In this document: positions 11,760 to 24,888 of the stretch, in pieces | Layout of the letters: the number at the start of each line of letters is the position of its first letter | How positions within the stretch are numbered: position 1 is the first letter of the stretch | From: Octopus bimaculoides | Taxonomy: Eukaryota | NCBI RefSeq assembly: GCF_001194135.2 | Contig: NC_068989.1 | Span: forward strand, 71,731,193-71,795,192 | Reading direction: 5' to 3' | DNA: 64,000 nucleotides | Position numbers and translations under genes: made by a program | The notes under the pieces: model-generated | Database searches by the model: none | What the model was told of the DNA's origin: nothing | Seen by the model: only the letters and a program-made list of their open reading frames with translations

Positions 11760-13110
11760 TGGTTTTAAATTTTGGCACAAGGCCAGAAATTTTAAGGGAG
11801 GGGTAAGTTGATTATACCAACCCCAGTGTTCAACTGGTACTTATTTTATCAACTCTAAAAGGATGAAAGGCAAAGTCAACCCTTGGAGTAATTTGAATTC
11901 AGAATGTAAAGCCAGAAAAAATGCCATTAAGCATTTTGTTTGGCATTCTAATGATTTTGCAAGCTGGCTCCCCCATTTTTAAATAATTCTTTCTAATCTT
12001 TGGGCCCAGAACATTAAGATGAACAAAATGCCACTAAACATTTTGTCCAGTACACTAACAATTCTGTCAGCTCACCACCTTCTGCCATCTTTAGGATAAT
12101 AATAATAATAATGAGCTGATTGTATACAGTGCTCAGGTGCACTACAACTTAAGGAGGTAGATTTTATCATGCATACTTCCTGACAACTGTGTATCGTTAA
12201 TGGAAATATGGATATGGTTGCTCAATGGAAAATATTTTATTTTATATATTAGATAAATAAATAATAGAAAATGCAAAACACAAATATTTATCTAAATATC
12301 AGGGAAGATAAATGAAGAGAATGAGTTTTTAGTCAGTAAAATATTCATTTTCTAAGGTTGCTGTTGGAATGAATAACATGAATATTGAATCAGAGCCAGA
12401 AAAGAACTAAAGATGGGTCTTTATGATCATTAAACTTACTGAGTATTAAAGTAATTGTTTCTGATTTAGGTACAAGGTCAGCAGTTTTGATGGGAGGGCT
12501 CACTTGATCCCATTGATCCCAGTTCTTGGTAGGTATTTTATTTTATCCACCCCTAAAAAGAAAAGTTAATTTTGGTAGAATTTGAACACAGAATTTAAAG
12601 AGTTATAATAAATACAAGAAAGTATTTTTTCATGCTTTAATGATTCTGCCAGCTTGCCACTTAACTAGATATTAAAAGACTTTCTGCTATTGGTACTGGG
12701 TCAGGAATTTTGGGGGTTGGGGTTAGTTGATTACATCAACCCCCCATATCAACTGATTCTTATTTTATTGACCTTGAAATGATGAAAGGCAAAGTCAACC
12801 TCGGAGGAATTTGAACTCAGAATATAACAAGTTAGAAGAAATGCCACTTAACATTTTGTCTGACTTGTTTATGATTCTGCCAGCTCACTGCCTTTCATTA
12901 AGTATTAAAATAATGGGTTCAAATTTTGGCACTCAGCCAGCAATTTCGTGTGAGCCAATTACATTGACACCAGTATTCAACTGGTACTTATTTTGTTGAC
13001 ACCGAAAGGATGACAGGCTAAGTCGACCTCAGTAGAACTTGAACTCAGAATGTAAAGATGAATGAAATACTGCTAGTCTTTTTGTCCAAATTGCGAACGA
13101 TTCTGCCACT
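11760..13110 (-). mobile_element. Cluster of degenerate Nin/Deu-domain-like SINEs (family B)
   Basis: Repeated ggatgaaaggcaaagtcaacc...gaactcagaat motif (rc of gactttgcctttcatcc...aagtaccag, which resembles the Deu/Nin core), separated by (AAT)n. Confidence 0.75.
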
Positions 13111-13273
13111 TCTTTGATGTTCACTGAGTATTTAAAGGCATACAATACTACTGAGTGTTGAAGCAGAGGATTTAGAGTACTCCTGAGGACAGAGTACATA
13201 GTGTATGACTATAGAGAATATTATAGCACTGAGAATTGTAATTGAAGATTAACAATACTAGTTGGATGAGATA

Positions 13274-13484
13274 CAGGGTGTAGCAAAGAAACCTCAGATT
13301 CACCATTCTTGATAAAACATTTTAACAGTAATCACATGATGTGCACTGATCTAAATGATGATAGTAACTGAAAAGAAAAGAGTAAAACAATATTATTTGA
13401 AAATATTGTTACCTTCCTACATAACGTCATTAGTGCCACACTAATATCCATTTAATATATGGGAGGTTTTTCTGTCGCACCTTG
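13274..13484. mobile_element. Tc1/mariner-type MITE, degenerate
   Basis: Imperfect TIRs cagggtgtagcaaagaaacctc / rc caaggtgcgacagaaaaacctc with TA on both flanks. Confidence 0.65.
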
Positions 13485-16372
13485 TATCAGTTAATTTACC
13501 GTGGTTTCTAAAGGTTAGGCACAAGGCCTAAATGTCAAAATAAAGGGGATGTAGTCAAGTGAATCAAGCCTTAGTATATTACTGATATTTCTCTTATTGA
13601 TGCAGGATGGTTTGAAAGGTAAAGTGAACCCTAGCGTGATTTGAACTTGTAATGGAGAGGGTTGGAACTAAACAGTGTCAATGTAATGTATGCAAGAGTG
13701 TGCTCTACCACTTCTGCCAACTTTCTGCCTTGCCTTTGACTAATATCGATTAATATTGATTAAAACGTTAGTTGATTAATATTGATTGATTATAGAAATT
13801 GGTGAATCAGTGTAGTTAGTTATTTTGATCTGTAAGCAAGACTCTCACAGTACGTGCAGTGTGTGGTGGAGAGAGATAAAAAATATTGCAAGAAAGAAAT
13901 GTTACTACCAACAGTTTTTTTTTTCTTTTTCTTTTTCTTGAATTGGAAAGGAGAATGTCAGTCCTCCCCAGGTAACATTTGCAGATGAATCCAGTACCTA
14001 TTCCTGACAGCTAGACTAGCTGAGGCTTGTAGAATGAAGTCCATTGTCCAAAATAGACAACGAAATACTTACAGTAGATAAGAATTGGTAGTCCAAGACA
14101 GTATCCACTTAATCATTTTTTGTTTTCCAAAGGCATTAATGACATAGTGAAGTGGAAATAAAAAGAAAAAGAAGAAATAAAAGCAAGATCTTTGACTGGA
14201 ATTTGATACCAGTCATATATATGGCTTGCTGGAGCTTGCTGTTTGCAAGGCAATGCTCACCGCTCTCTAAAATTAACACTATCATTAATTTTACTCCATC
14301 TATTTAGAACTATTACCTTGTGGAATAGATGATGCAATTGTTAATAGTTATTACGTAAATTTAGACTAACTGAATCGTTTTCGTAACTAATTATGATCAA
14401 TTAATTATAGAAATGGCACTTTAATAAAAGGGTCTATTTATTGATTAAATTAATAATTTACGTGTTTGTTTTGTTAGTTAAGACATCCCGTTTAATCAAG
14501 GTGATAATAGCTTCAAGGTACCTAATCCAAGATTGGGTACCCTTCATTGCAGTGCATTAAAAAAAAAAAAGTGTGTTTTATTTTCTCAAAAGTGAAAAAA
14601 AAAAAAAAAAGAAATTGTCTGATAGGAACAGTTAAAGAAAAGAAATAGAAGACGAAAATGAAAAACAGGAAGAAAAAATAGCCAAAAGAAAAACCTGGGA
14701 AAAGAAAGGGACTTTTTTTGGCCATAAATTTCTAATTTACAATGTCTTCTACATATTTTGGCAGTAAAAGAAAATAAAACAAGAAACAAAAACCAAAAAA
14801 AAAAAAACATAAAATGATAAACACCAAAACTCCACTTTTATTCAAATGGCCTAACAACTAACTGCAAAGTAACATAGAAAAATCTGGAAGGAATAAACCG
14901 ACATTGTTATTCTCAGGAATGTGGTACAGGTGAATCTAAAGGCTCAGTCTTTGTGTGACAATTTGTCAGTGTTATTATTAAATTTATGACAATATTTCAG
15001 ACACTTAAACTGCTGTCCCCACCCACCCTGCTCCATAATTCTGGTTCCTTTATCACATAATCACGTCATCTAACTATTCTTCTCCTACATTGTTGTAGCT
15101 GTTATTGTTGTTGTTCTCTTGTGGAATATTCTACTAAAATATCAAACCTTGATGTCTGCTAGTCCTCCAGTTACTCAGCCACCCATTGTCTGCTGTCTGA
15201 TCAATCAAGTGAGTAAGTAGCTTTTACCATTGAATAAATATAACCTAGATTTACCTTTTCTTGATTTTCTATACACATCTCTCTCTCTATCTTCGTTTTT
15301 CTTTACACATCTCTCTTTCTCTCTCTCCTCCTTTCACCAGACATCACTTCACTCATTCTTTATGTCCTTCTCTCTCTCTCTCTCATGATATCTGCTCCAC
15401 TCACTTCCAATACTATTCTCTCTCTCCCTCCCCTGATAAACACACATGCACTTACTCTGCCCACTTCCTATACCATCTCTTCCTTTCTTCCTCTCTCTTT
15501 CTCACCTGAGACACAAGCATTTACTCTACCCTCTTTCTATTGTATCCTCTCACTTTCCCTCTCATCTGACAAACATGCACACACACACACACAAAGTCTC
15601 TCTTGACATCCACCTCTTTTCCATCATCCATTCTCCAAACATCTCCCTCTCTTCATATCCATTCCATTACCATAACCACCCCCCATTCTCTCTCATCACT
15701 TAAACATATACAGATCTCCACCCTCTCTCTCTCTCTCTCTCTATTTTATCTGTCACCGTTCCTCCCATCTACTCCCCCTATTTTCCTTTCTCGCCTCTTT
15801 TCATTCACCTGTTCTTAAATCTTCTCAACCTCATGCCTACCCCAACTCTTTTACTCTCATCCATTTCTCTCTCTCTAAATTCACCAATATTGATTGGAAA
15901 GTTCTGAAAGAGAGAGAGAGAGACAGACAGACAGAGACAGAGAGAGCAAGAATCTTGATTTTTGAACAAAACAGTGGTTGTAGTAGTGATAAAGAATACT
16001 GTACGAAGAATTTGCTACTTTTGATCCAATCTCTCTTTGTATTAGTATGACATACCTATCTTCTTTAATAAACTCAATCTCTCTCGAACCTTCTTTGTTT
16101 ACCCTCTCTTCTCTTTTATGAACAGACATGCCATTCTTTCTCACAAACACACACACTCACTCTCTCTCCTTGTCTCTTCAGTTTCAAATACATACACAAA
16201 TCTGTTTCAAACATATACATACATATATATACTCTCCTAATTTCTCTCTCCATTAACTTGTCAGACAGACACAGTCATTCTCTACTGTCTTTCAATTTTT
16301 TTTTTACTTTATCTGTACTATATGTCTCTCTACTAAACTTTTTCTACCTATAAAGTCTTTCTATATATGCTT

Positions 16373-16415
<43 letters not shown>

Positions 16416-17166
16416 NNNNNNNNNNNNNNNNNNNNNNNNNNNNNNNNNNNNNNNNNNNNNNNNNNNNNNNNNNNNNNNNNNNNNNNNNNNNNNNNNNNNN
16501 NNNNNNNNNNNNNNNNNNNNNNNNNNNNNNNNNNNNNNNNNNNNNNNNNNNNNNNNNNNNNNNNNNNNNNNNNNNNNNNNNNNNNNNNNNNNNNNNNNNN
16601 NNNNNNNNNNNNNNNNNNNNNNNNNNNNNNNNNNNNNNNNNNNNNNNNNNNNNNNNNNNNNNNNNNNNNNNNNNNNNNNNNNNNNNNNNNNNNNNNNNNN
16701 NNNNNNNNNNNNNNNNNNNNNNNNNNNNNNNNNNNNNNNNNNNNNNNNNNNNNNNNNNNNNNNNNNNNNNNNNNNNNNNNNNNNNNNNNNNNNNNNNNNN
16801 NNNNNNNNNNNNNNNNNNNNNNNNNNNNNNNNNNNNNNNNNNNNNNNNNNNNNNNNNNNNNNNNNNNNNNNNNNNNNNNNNNNNNNNNNNNNNNNNNNNN
16901 NNNNNNNNNNNNNNNNNNNNNNNNNNNNNNNNNNNNNNNNNNNNNNNNNNNNNNNNNNNNNNNNNNNNNNNNNNNNNNNNNNNNNNNNNNNNNNNNNNNN
17001 NNNNNNNNNNNNNNNNNNNNNNNNNNNNNNNNNNNNNNNNNNNNNNNNNNNNNNNNNNNNNNNNNNNNNNNNNNNNNNNNNNNNNNNNNNNNNNNNNNNN
17101 NNNNNNNNNNNNNNNNNNNNNNNNNNNNNNNNNNNNNNNNNNNNNNNNNNNNNNNNNNNNNNNNNN
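16416..17166. other. Assembly gap (others: 18291-18546, 24029-24038, 24925-25794, 28397-28768, 31600-32346, 36765-36774, 39230-39429, 41854-42489, 49157-49266, 60810-61641)
   Basis: Runs of N, mostly flanked by microsatellites. Confidence 1.
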
Positions 17167-17207
<41 letters not shown>

Positions 17208-17499
17208 CATTAATGATCATCAGCATATTTTCTCTTTATACCATCTAAATTACTCACTATCACACACCGTCTATGTCTTCACCACCAACCATCTAAGTTA
17301 CCTTCTAAACACCATGCATCATCTATATGCTATATGCAGACCATCTTAATACACCATCACTTCTATATATCATAAACCCCACCCCAAAAACACAATCTTA
17401 ATCTTATCTTTGTGTGCATTTCCTCATCTCCCATCTCACATTATCACACTAATATTATTATAACCGTTATTATCATTAAAACTAGCATATCTTATATTA

Positions 17500-17655
17500 G
17501 TTATCAGCTATTTTATCTTGAGGTTTGGTGGCAATAATCTCCTCAAATCTTGTGAATCCTTCTAAAGATTCTTGCAGAATCCAGGTTGCACTTTTCTGCA
17601 GGTCGACAAGGAAAGTCTTAATTCCAATATCCTTTAGTTTAATTGTCATCATCAT
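17500..17655 (-). pseudogene. 3' end of an RLE-type (R4/Dong-like) non-LTR retrotransposon
   Basis: Reads KLKDIGIKTFLVDLQKSA, then after a frameshift LDSARIFRRIHKI*. This resembles the lgi...LQKsalLgtaRIlRkvl C-terminus of R4-clade ORFs. A degenerate TAA-rich tail follows. Confidence 0.5.
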
Positions 17656-18053
17656 TCTTATCATTTAAATACAACTAATTGTCTTAATTTTAGTTGCTGT
17701 TTCTTTCATCATTTTTATACTTTGATATATTTTTTTATTCTAACAGAAAAAAATTCTTATAACAAAGAATTAAACAAAATGATTTTTAAAAAAATTAAAG
17801 AAAAACACTAAATAAAACAAAAAGAATATTTAAGTGATTAATGGAATAATTTTTTTTTAAATAAATAAAAAATCAGGGATAGCTATTTTTTGTTTTTACT
17901 GTATCTTCTTTTTTCTTTCTTTCTTTGTTAGGTTTGTTCCATTTCCTCTTAATATACTAAAACGTTTTTTTTATCTTCTTGGTCTTATATTTATTTTTTA
18001 AATGTTTTCTTTTTGTTTTTTTTTTCGTTATTTTTTTTGCTTTCTATTGTAAT

Positions 18054-18059
18054 TTTATT
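18054..18059 (-). terminator. Candidate proximal polyA signal of the SAT-like gene
   Basis: AATAAA ~30 nt after the stop within an A-rich tract; weak. Confidence 0.25.
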
Positions 18060-18089
18060 TATTATTTTTTTTTTCTAGAATGGTAGTAG

Positions 18090-18260
18090 TTAAGGAATTT
18101 TGGAAGCAATTTCCTTCAGTTGGTTGTGACTAAGTCTAAAAAGTTCTCCAACATCTTTAGTGATATCAGTGGCGCCAAATCGTTTGTAAAAATCAATAGC
18201 CAATTGATTCCAGTCCAGCACACACCACTGCATCAATTCACATTGTTCTCTGGCAGCAAC
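18090..18260 (-). CDS. SAT1/SAT2-like: Spermidine/spermine (diamine) N-acetyltransferase-like GNAT, last exon (171 nt)
   Basis: Acceptor tttctttccag at 18261, phase 0. Reads VAAREQCELMQWCVLDWNQLAIDFYKRFGATDITKDVGELFRLSHNQLKEIASKIP*, containing VLDWN and FYK..GA.D (catalytic Tyr motif of SSAT). Confidence 0.93.
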   Translation of the reverse strand, partial: VAAREQCELMQWCVLDWNQLAIDFYKRFGATDITKDVGELFRLSHNQLKEIASKIP

Positions 18261-18600
18261 CTGGAAAGAAATAACAACAATAATAATAATNNNNNNNNNN
18301 NNNNNNNNNNNNNNNNNNNNNNNNNNNNNNNNNNNNNNNNNNNNNNNNNNNNNNNNNNNNNNNNNNNNNNNNNNNNNNNNNNNNNNNNNNNNNNNNNNNN
18401 NNNNNNNNNNNNNNNNNNNNNNNNNNNNNNNNNNNNNNNNNNNNNNNNNNNNNNNNNNNNNNNNNNNNNNNNNNNNNNNNNNNNNNNNNNNNNNNNNNNN
18501 NNNNNNNNNNNNNNNNNNNNNNNNNNNNNNNNNNNNNNNNNNNNNNAATAATGGCCCCTTAATTAACCACTAAGAATTTATTAAAAGATTGAGAATGGTA

Positions 18601-19240
18601 CATCATCATCATCATTGTTTAACGTCCACTTTCCATGCTAGCATGGGTTGGACGATTTGACTGAGAACTGGCAAACCAAATGGCTGCACCAGGCTCCAAT
18701 TTGATTTGGCAGAGTTTCTACAGCTAGATGCCCTTCCTAACGCCAACCACTCCGAGAGTGTAGTGGGTGCTTTTATGTGCCACCGGCACGAAGGCTAGTC
18801 AGGCGGTACTGGCAACGGCCACATTCAAAATGGTGTATTTTACGTGCCACCTGCACAGGAGCCAGTCCAGCGGCACTGGCAACGACCTCGCTCGAATGTC
18901 TTTTCCCGTGCCAGGAAGGTGACGCTGGCAACGATCACGCTCAAATGGTGCTATTTACGTGCCACTGGCACGGAAACCAGACAGCTGCTCTGACAACGAT
19001 CACGCTTGGACAGTGCTGTTAGTGCTCCACTGGTACAGGTGCCATCACGATTTCACTTTCACTTGCCCCAACAGGTCTTTGCAAGCAGAGTTTAGTGTCC
19101 AATGAAGGAAAGGTATGCATAAGTGGGCTGGCTACACCCCTGGCAGAGGCCTCGGATTATGGTCTCACCTGGCTTGCCGGGTCTTCTCACGCACAGCATA
19201 TTTCCAAAGGTCTCGGTCACAAGTCATTGCCTCGGTGAGG
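18601..19240 (-). mobile_element. 5'-truncated RTE-like LINE 3' end with (GAT)n tail
   Basis: The rc encodes ..EAMTCDRDLWKYAVREKTRQAR*, followed by GC-rich subrepeats, ggttggcgttaggaagggcatc and an (ATG)n tail. Homologous to 58174-58660. Confidence 0.8.
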
Positions 19241-20630
19241 TACAAAATGATACAATTCTATGTGGGGTTACATGAAAATGGGTAAACAGTAAAATAAGGA
19301 TGAGATCTGAACTTAAAATGTAAAGGGGTGAAACAAATACTGCAAAGCATTTTTTTCCAGTGTTCCAATGATTTTGCCAGCTTTTACCATTAATAATAAT
19401 TCTTTCTACTTTATGCATAAAGTCTGAAATTTTTGAGGGAAGTGGTCAAGTCAATTATGTCAGCCCCAGTGCTTGACTGGGACTTGTTTTATTAACCCCC
19501 TCACAAAAGGATGAAAGGTAAAAGTCAACCTTGATAGGATTTGAGCTCAAAACATTAAAGAGTCAGAAATGGTTTCAAATATATATATATACACTCTCGG
19601 AGTGGTTGGCGTTAGGAAGGGCATCCAGCTGTAGAAACTCTGCCAAATCAGACTGGAGCCTGGTGTAGTCATCTGGTTCGCCAGTCCTCAGTCAAATCGT
19701 CCAACCCATGCTAGCATGGAAAGCAGACGTTAAACGATGATGATGATGATATATTGCATCAATCTCATTGCTTTGGCATCTGCTTTTCCATACTAGCATG
19801 AATTGGGCAGGCAGTGCTTTATACCCAAAATGTCCTCCTTCATGGTGCCAAACCTTTTAATCCTCTGTTATCACACAGTGTTCATAGGTACACTATACCC
19901 ATTCTAAAAGCCAAGGCAGCAATTCTGGCCAGCAATTTTAGTGGCAGGTGGTGGGGTGCTTAGTCAATTACATTGACCCCAATACCTGACTTTATTCTAT
20001 TGACCCTGAAAGAGTAAAAGGCACAGTCAACCTTAGAAAAATTTCATCTCAGAATGTAAAGAGCCAGAACAGATACTGCAAAGCTTTTTTTTTTTTGTCC
20101 GACGCTCAAACTAGTCAGTCAGCTTGCTTTCTTAACAATAATAATGATGATGATGGTGATGATGATGACAATTATCAGTACATCACTAAACGAGTTTAAT
20201 TTTTATAAATATTTTAGAAAGTTTGTAATGTATTGATTGATTGATTAAAGACATTAAAGTTAAAACACTTTAAAAAATAATGTAATTATTTAATTGAAAA
20301 GTGGGTGGATGATGAGGTAGAATATAGTAATAGCAGTAGTAATGGTGGTGGTGGTGGTGGTGCTGAGTGTTGTTGGTTGCAGTGGTTGTAATGGTAGTGA
20401 TAGGAGCATATGAGAAAAGTGTAAAGAATGAGAAAGATGATGATGATGATGAAGAAGGAGGAGGATATTGGAGAGGAAGGTAATGAAAGAGGAGGAGGTT
20501 CAAACTAGAAAGGAATGAAAACACACACACACAAACACCCAGACAAGAAAATCAAAAGAAAACAAACAATAGAATATGGTAAAAGAAAAAAAAAAGTAGA
20601 ATTGAAAGAAAAATGTAAAATACATAATTA

Positions 20631-21027
20631 GATGCAGGAGTGGCTGTGTGGTAAGTAGCTTGCTTACCAACCACATGGTTCCGGGTTCAGTCCCACTGGG
20701 TGGCATCTTGGGCAAGTGTCTTCAACTATAGCCTCGGGCCGACCAAAGCCTTGTGAGTAGATTTGGTAGATGGAAACTGAAAGAAGCCCGTTGTATATAT
20801 GTATTTATATATATGTGTGTGTGTTTGTGTGTCTGTGTTTGTCCCCCTAGCATTGCTTGACAACCGATGCTGGTGTGCTTATGTCCCCGTCACTTAGCGG
20901 TTCGGCAAAAGAGACCGATAGAATAAGTACTAGGCTTACAAAGAATAAGTCCCAGGGTCGATTTGCTCGACTAAAGGCGGTGCTCCAGCATGGCCACAGT
21001 CAAATGACTGAAACAAGTAAAAGAGTA
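20631..21027 (+). mobile_element. tRNA-derived SINE family A
   Basis: Head gcaggagtggctgtgtggtaag...ggttcagtccc, CORE-like cttgggcaagtgtctt, internal (TA)/(TG) microsatellite and (AAGAGT) tail. Confidence 0.9.
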
Positions 21028-21084
21028 ATGATAGAAGATCGTAAATGAAGAAGGAAAAAATATATATACTACTAAATCATTTAT

Positions 21085-21445
21085 TTATTCCAGTCATTGG
21101 ACTGTGGTCATGTTGGGGCACTATCTAGAATGGTTGTTGTTGAACATATTAACCCCCAGTACTTATGTTTTTTAAATCTGGTACTTATTCTGTTGGTCTC
21201 TCCTGCCCAACTGCTAAGTTGCAGGACATAAACAAACCAACACCAATTGCCAAGCAGGTGTGAGTGTACACACATACAAACACATATTAGACACAACAGG
21301 CTTCCACACAGTTTTCGTCAACCAAATTCACTCACAGGTATTAGTCGACTCAGAGCTATAATAGAAGATACTTGTCCAAGGTGCCACACAGTGGGACTGA
21401 ACCTGAAACAACATGACTGCAAAGCGAGCTTTTTAACCACACAGC
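21085..21445 (-). mobile_element. SINE family A, degenerate, inverted to the 20631 copy
   Basis: Homology to the rc of 20631-21027. Confidence 0.75.
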
Positions 21446-22011
21446 CATGCTTGTGTCTGGTTGTGAAAAAAAAAAAAAAAAAAAAAAGGAGAAAAAATCC
21501 CAGAATGAAAGAAAGAAAAACAGAAGGAAAGCAATGGTCAAGGAATGGGACCCATGGAGGCTGAGTTGAATGATGGCTGTCTTATGAAAGTAGAAAGCAC
21601 TTGGCAAAGCTTTGTAACCACACAATCCAGGGTTCAATTCTCACCTTACATAGTACCTCAGGCAAAGGTTTTCAGTTATAAACTTTGCTTGAACAATATT
21701 TTGTGTGGCAAACTGGAAGAATTGTTAACACACTGGGCAAATTGCTGAGTGGAATTTACGTTCCGAGTTCAAATTCCTCCAAGGTTGACTTTGCCTTTCA
21801 TCCTTTTGGGGTTGATAAAATAAGTACCGGTTAAACACTGTGGTCAATGTAATTGACTCACTCCCTTCTCCAAAATAGCTGACCTTGTGCCAAAATTTGA
21901 AACCAATATTTCATGTGGATGGAATTTACTAGATGGAAACCATGCAAAAGTTTGTGTGTATCCATATCCTGTTGTGTCTTGGCTTTTAGAATGGGTATAG
22001 TGTACCCATGT

Positions 22012-22395
22012 GGAGGCGCAATGGCCCAGTGGTTAGGGCAGCGGACTCAAGGTCATAGGATCGTGGTTTCGATTCCCAGACCGGGCGTTGTGAGTGTTTA
22101 TTGAGTGAAAACACCTAAAGCTCTACGAGGCTCCGGCAGGGGATGGTGGCGAACTCTACTGTACTCTTTCACCACAACTTTCTCTCACACTTTCTTCCTG
22201 TTTCTGTTGTGCCTGTAATTCAAAGGGTCAGCCTTGTCACACTGTCACGCTGAATATCCCCAAGAACTATGTTAAGGGTACACGTGTCTGTGGAGTGCTC
22301 AGCCACTTGCACGTTAATTTCATGAGCAGGCTGTTCCGTTGATCGGATCGACTGGAACCCTCGACATCGTAAGCGACGGAGTGCCAGCAAAGCAA
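22012..22395 (+). mobile_element. tRNA(Arg-like)-derived SINE
   Basis: ggaggcgcaatggcccagtggttagggcagcggactc...ggtttcgattccc head; body shared with 6868-7242. Confidence 0.85.
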
Positions 22396-22566
22396 AGAGT
22401 GTACCCATGAACACTGTGATAACAGAGGATTAAAAGGTTTGGCACTATGAAGGAGGACATTTTGGGCATAAAGCACTGCCTGCCCAATTCATGCTAGCAT
22501 GGAAAAGCAGATGCCAAAACAATGAGATTGATGCAATATATATATATAAACCATACCCTTGCTTCT

Positions 22567-22604
<38 letters not shown>

Positions 22605-23087
22605 AAGGATAAGCATGATATACCAAATAATATAGTTGGAGAATATTTTTTATGATAGTTTAGTAGCATAAAGAGGGGCAGGAATTGTGAGCGTTTTCCA
22701 GCACCTCAGGGTGTTGAAGAGAATGGAAGAAAGTTATTGTTAGATGAGAGATGTGACGAGATTACTATCAAGGGAGTCAACTCTTCTATGGGTACTCAAG
22801 AACTGAAACTAAAAAAGTAAAAAAATAGATGGGATGGCTATGAGTGGAATGCTTTCTTCAGTTTTAGATCTGTTCAGTGAGAACTGAGCTGAGGATTAAT
22901 AACAACAAGTTAACTTTGACAAACTCATTGAATGACAGGCATCAAAAGGAGTTCTAGGCACCCAGGAAAAGGGGTATTCAGTCATCGAAAATCTACCTCA
23001 TTGAATTTTGTCTGACCCATGCTAATGTGGAAAAGTGTGCATTAAAAACAATGCTGCTGCTGCTAATGTGTGTATACAGGGTGGGAA

Positions 23088-23460
23088 AAAAGAGGTTGTG
23101 TGGTGGACAAGGCTGAAAGCACAAGGACAGATGCTTTCCTCTTTGGTAGAGGTCTTACTGAATTCTTCAAGTTTCACTTGAAAAGGAAACTGAAGTTGGA
23201 GATGGAAGTGCTGTCCTTGAGTGAGTTTATTGAAAGTTGTGAAAATGGCAAGAATGGATGATACCTCTCTAAGTTACACTTAGAGAGGTGTCATCCACTC
23301 TTGCCATTTTCGCCTGTGATTTGGAGAAAGGGAATTGGAAGGGGCACTTGCTCTTGGTGTTTGGGGAGATCTCAGGCAGTGGGGTTCCTCGATTATTCCT
23401 AGAGGTGATCCTGTATCAAGAGAGCTACATCTCTATGATCCCCCCCCTTTTTTATTCTTA
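23088..23460 (+). pseudogene. Decayed 3' end of a Tx1/L1-like ORF2 plus 3' UTR
   Basis: Two frames give EVVWWTRLK / FFKFHLKRKLKLEMEVLSLSEF, resembling the Tx1-clade ORF2 C-terminus. Confidence 0.5.
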
Positions 23461-23609
23461 ATTTGTATACTATGTATATTTCCCTTCTTTTTCATTGTAT
23501 ACTGTAGATAGTTACATCCCCACTTTTAAAAAAAACAATTTTATCATTTCATTATATGTAAACCTCATCACACTTTGTGTCTGTCATTGTATTGCTCCCC
23601 TCATACACC

Positions 23610-23740
23610 CTGGTGGCAAATGGTTCCGGGTTCAGTCCCACTGCATGGCACCTTGGGCAAGTGTCTTCTACTACAGCCTCGGGCCGACCAAAGCCTTGTG
23701 AGTGGATTTGGTAGACGGAAACTGAAAGAAGCCCATCGTA

Positions 23741-23809
<69 letters not shown>

Positions 23810-24080
23810 TTGTGTGTCTGTGTTTGTTTCCCCACCATCACTTGACAACCAATGCTGGTGTGTTTATGTCCCTGTAACTTAGCGGTTTGGCAAAAAGAGA
23901 CCGATATAATAAGTACTAGTCTTACAAAGAATAAGTCCTGGAGTCAATTTGCTCAACTAAAGGCAGTGCTCCAGCATGGCCGCAGTCAAATGACTTAAAA
24001 GAGTAAAGAGTAAGAGTATTGTTATTATNNNNNNNNNNCCAGCATGGCCGCAGTCAAATGACTTAAAAGAGTAAAGAGTA
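23610..24080 (+). mobile_element. SINE family A
   Basis: Homologous to 40186-40582; the tail is duplicated across a 10-N gap. Confidence 0.85.
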
Positions 24081-24469
24081 AGAGTATTGTTATTATTATT
24101 ATTATTATTATTATTGCTGGATGAATTGTTAGCATGGTGGGTGAAATGCTTAGTGGTATTTCGTCTGCTGCTACATTCTGACTTCAAATTCCACCAAGGT
24201 CGACTTTGCTTTTCATCCTTTCAGGGTCAATTAAATAAGTACCAATTACGCATTGGGGTTGATGAAATTGACTAGCCTCCTCCCCCAAATTTCAGGCCTT
24301 GTGCCTATTGTAGAAAGGTTTATTATTATTATTCATTTTGTTCATGTACATGTGTATTCAACATTATTTTATTTATTCTATTCAAGTGCAGTAAAACAGA
24401 AGTTTGTCATTGACAATTCCAGAATGTATCGAATTTATGTAGTGAAAGACTTATGGCCCACCTTAGTCT

Positions 24470-24888
24470 TTACTCTTTTACTTGTTTCAGTCATTTGACT
24501 GCGGCCATGCTGGAGCACCTCCTTTAGTCGAGCAAATCGACCCCGGGACTTATTCTTTGTAAGCCTAGTACTTATTCTATCGGTCTCTTTTGCCGAATCG
24601 CTAAGTGACGGGGACATAAACACACGACCATCGGTTGTCAAGCGATGTTGTGGGGACAGACACAGACATACAAACACATACACACATACATATATATATA
24701 TACATATATACATATATACGACAGGCTTCTTTCAGTTTCCGTCTACCAAATCCACTCACAAGGCTTTGGTCGACCCGAGGCTATAGTAGAAGACACTTGC
24801 CCAAGGTGCCATGCAGTGGGACTGAACCCTGAACCATGTGGTTGGTAAGCAAGCTTCTTACCACACAGCCACTCCTATGCCTTAATTT
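24470..24888 (-). mobile_element. SINE family A (young copy)
   Basis: rc homology. Further - copies lie at 25795-25972, 26685-27082, 51670-52085, 54477-54872 and 60140-60540; + copies at 49590-49945 and 56810-57170. Confidence 0.9.

Noticed and set aside
9730-14150. Possible third gene made of small minus-strand exons (e.g. GKFFSWRELNSP ~10950-10986, IYKIKSLF.. ~11011-11064, MIKWILSWTTNSYL ~14070-14113)
   Set aside because: No phase-consistent chain or recognisable protein; one strong acceptor (~13370) lies inside a mariner MITE.
15100-15220. Plus-strand MSASPPVTQPPIVCCLINQ|gtgagt candidate exon
   Set aside because: No acceptor, partner exon or homology.
16344-17349. Long ORFs of 230-370 aa here and at 24836, 31581, 41739 and 60704
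   Set aside because: Artefacts of N-gaps (X runs).
22012-22090. Functional tRNA genes at SINE heads
   Set aside because: Cloverleaf incomplete and fused to SINE bodies; no intact tRNA found in the window.
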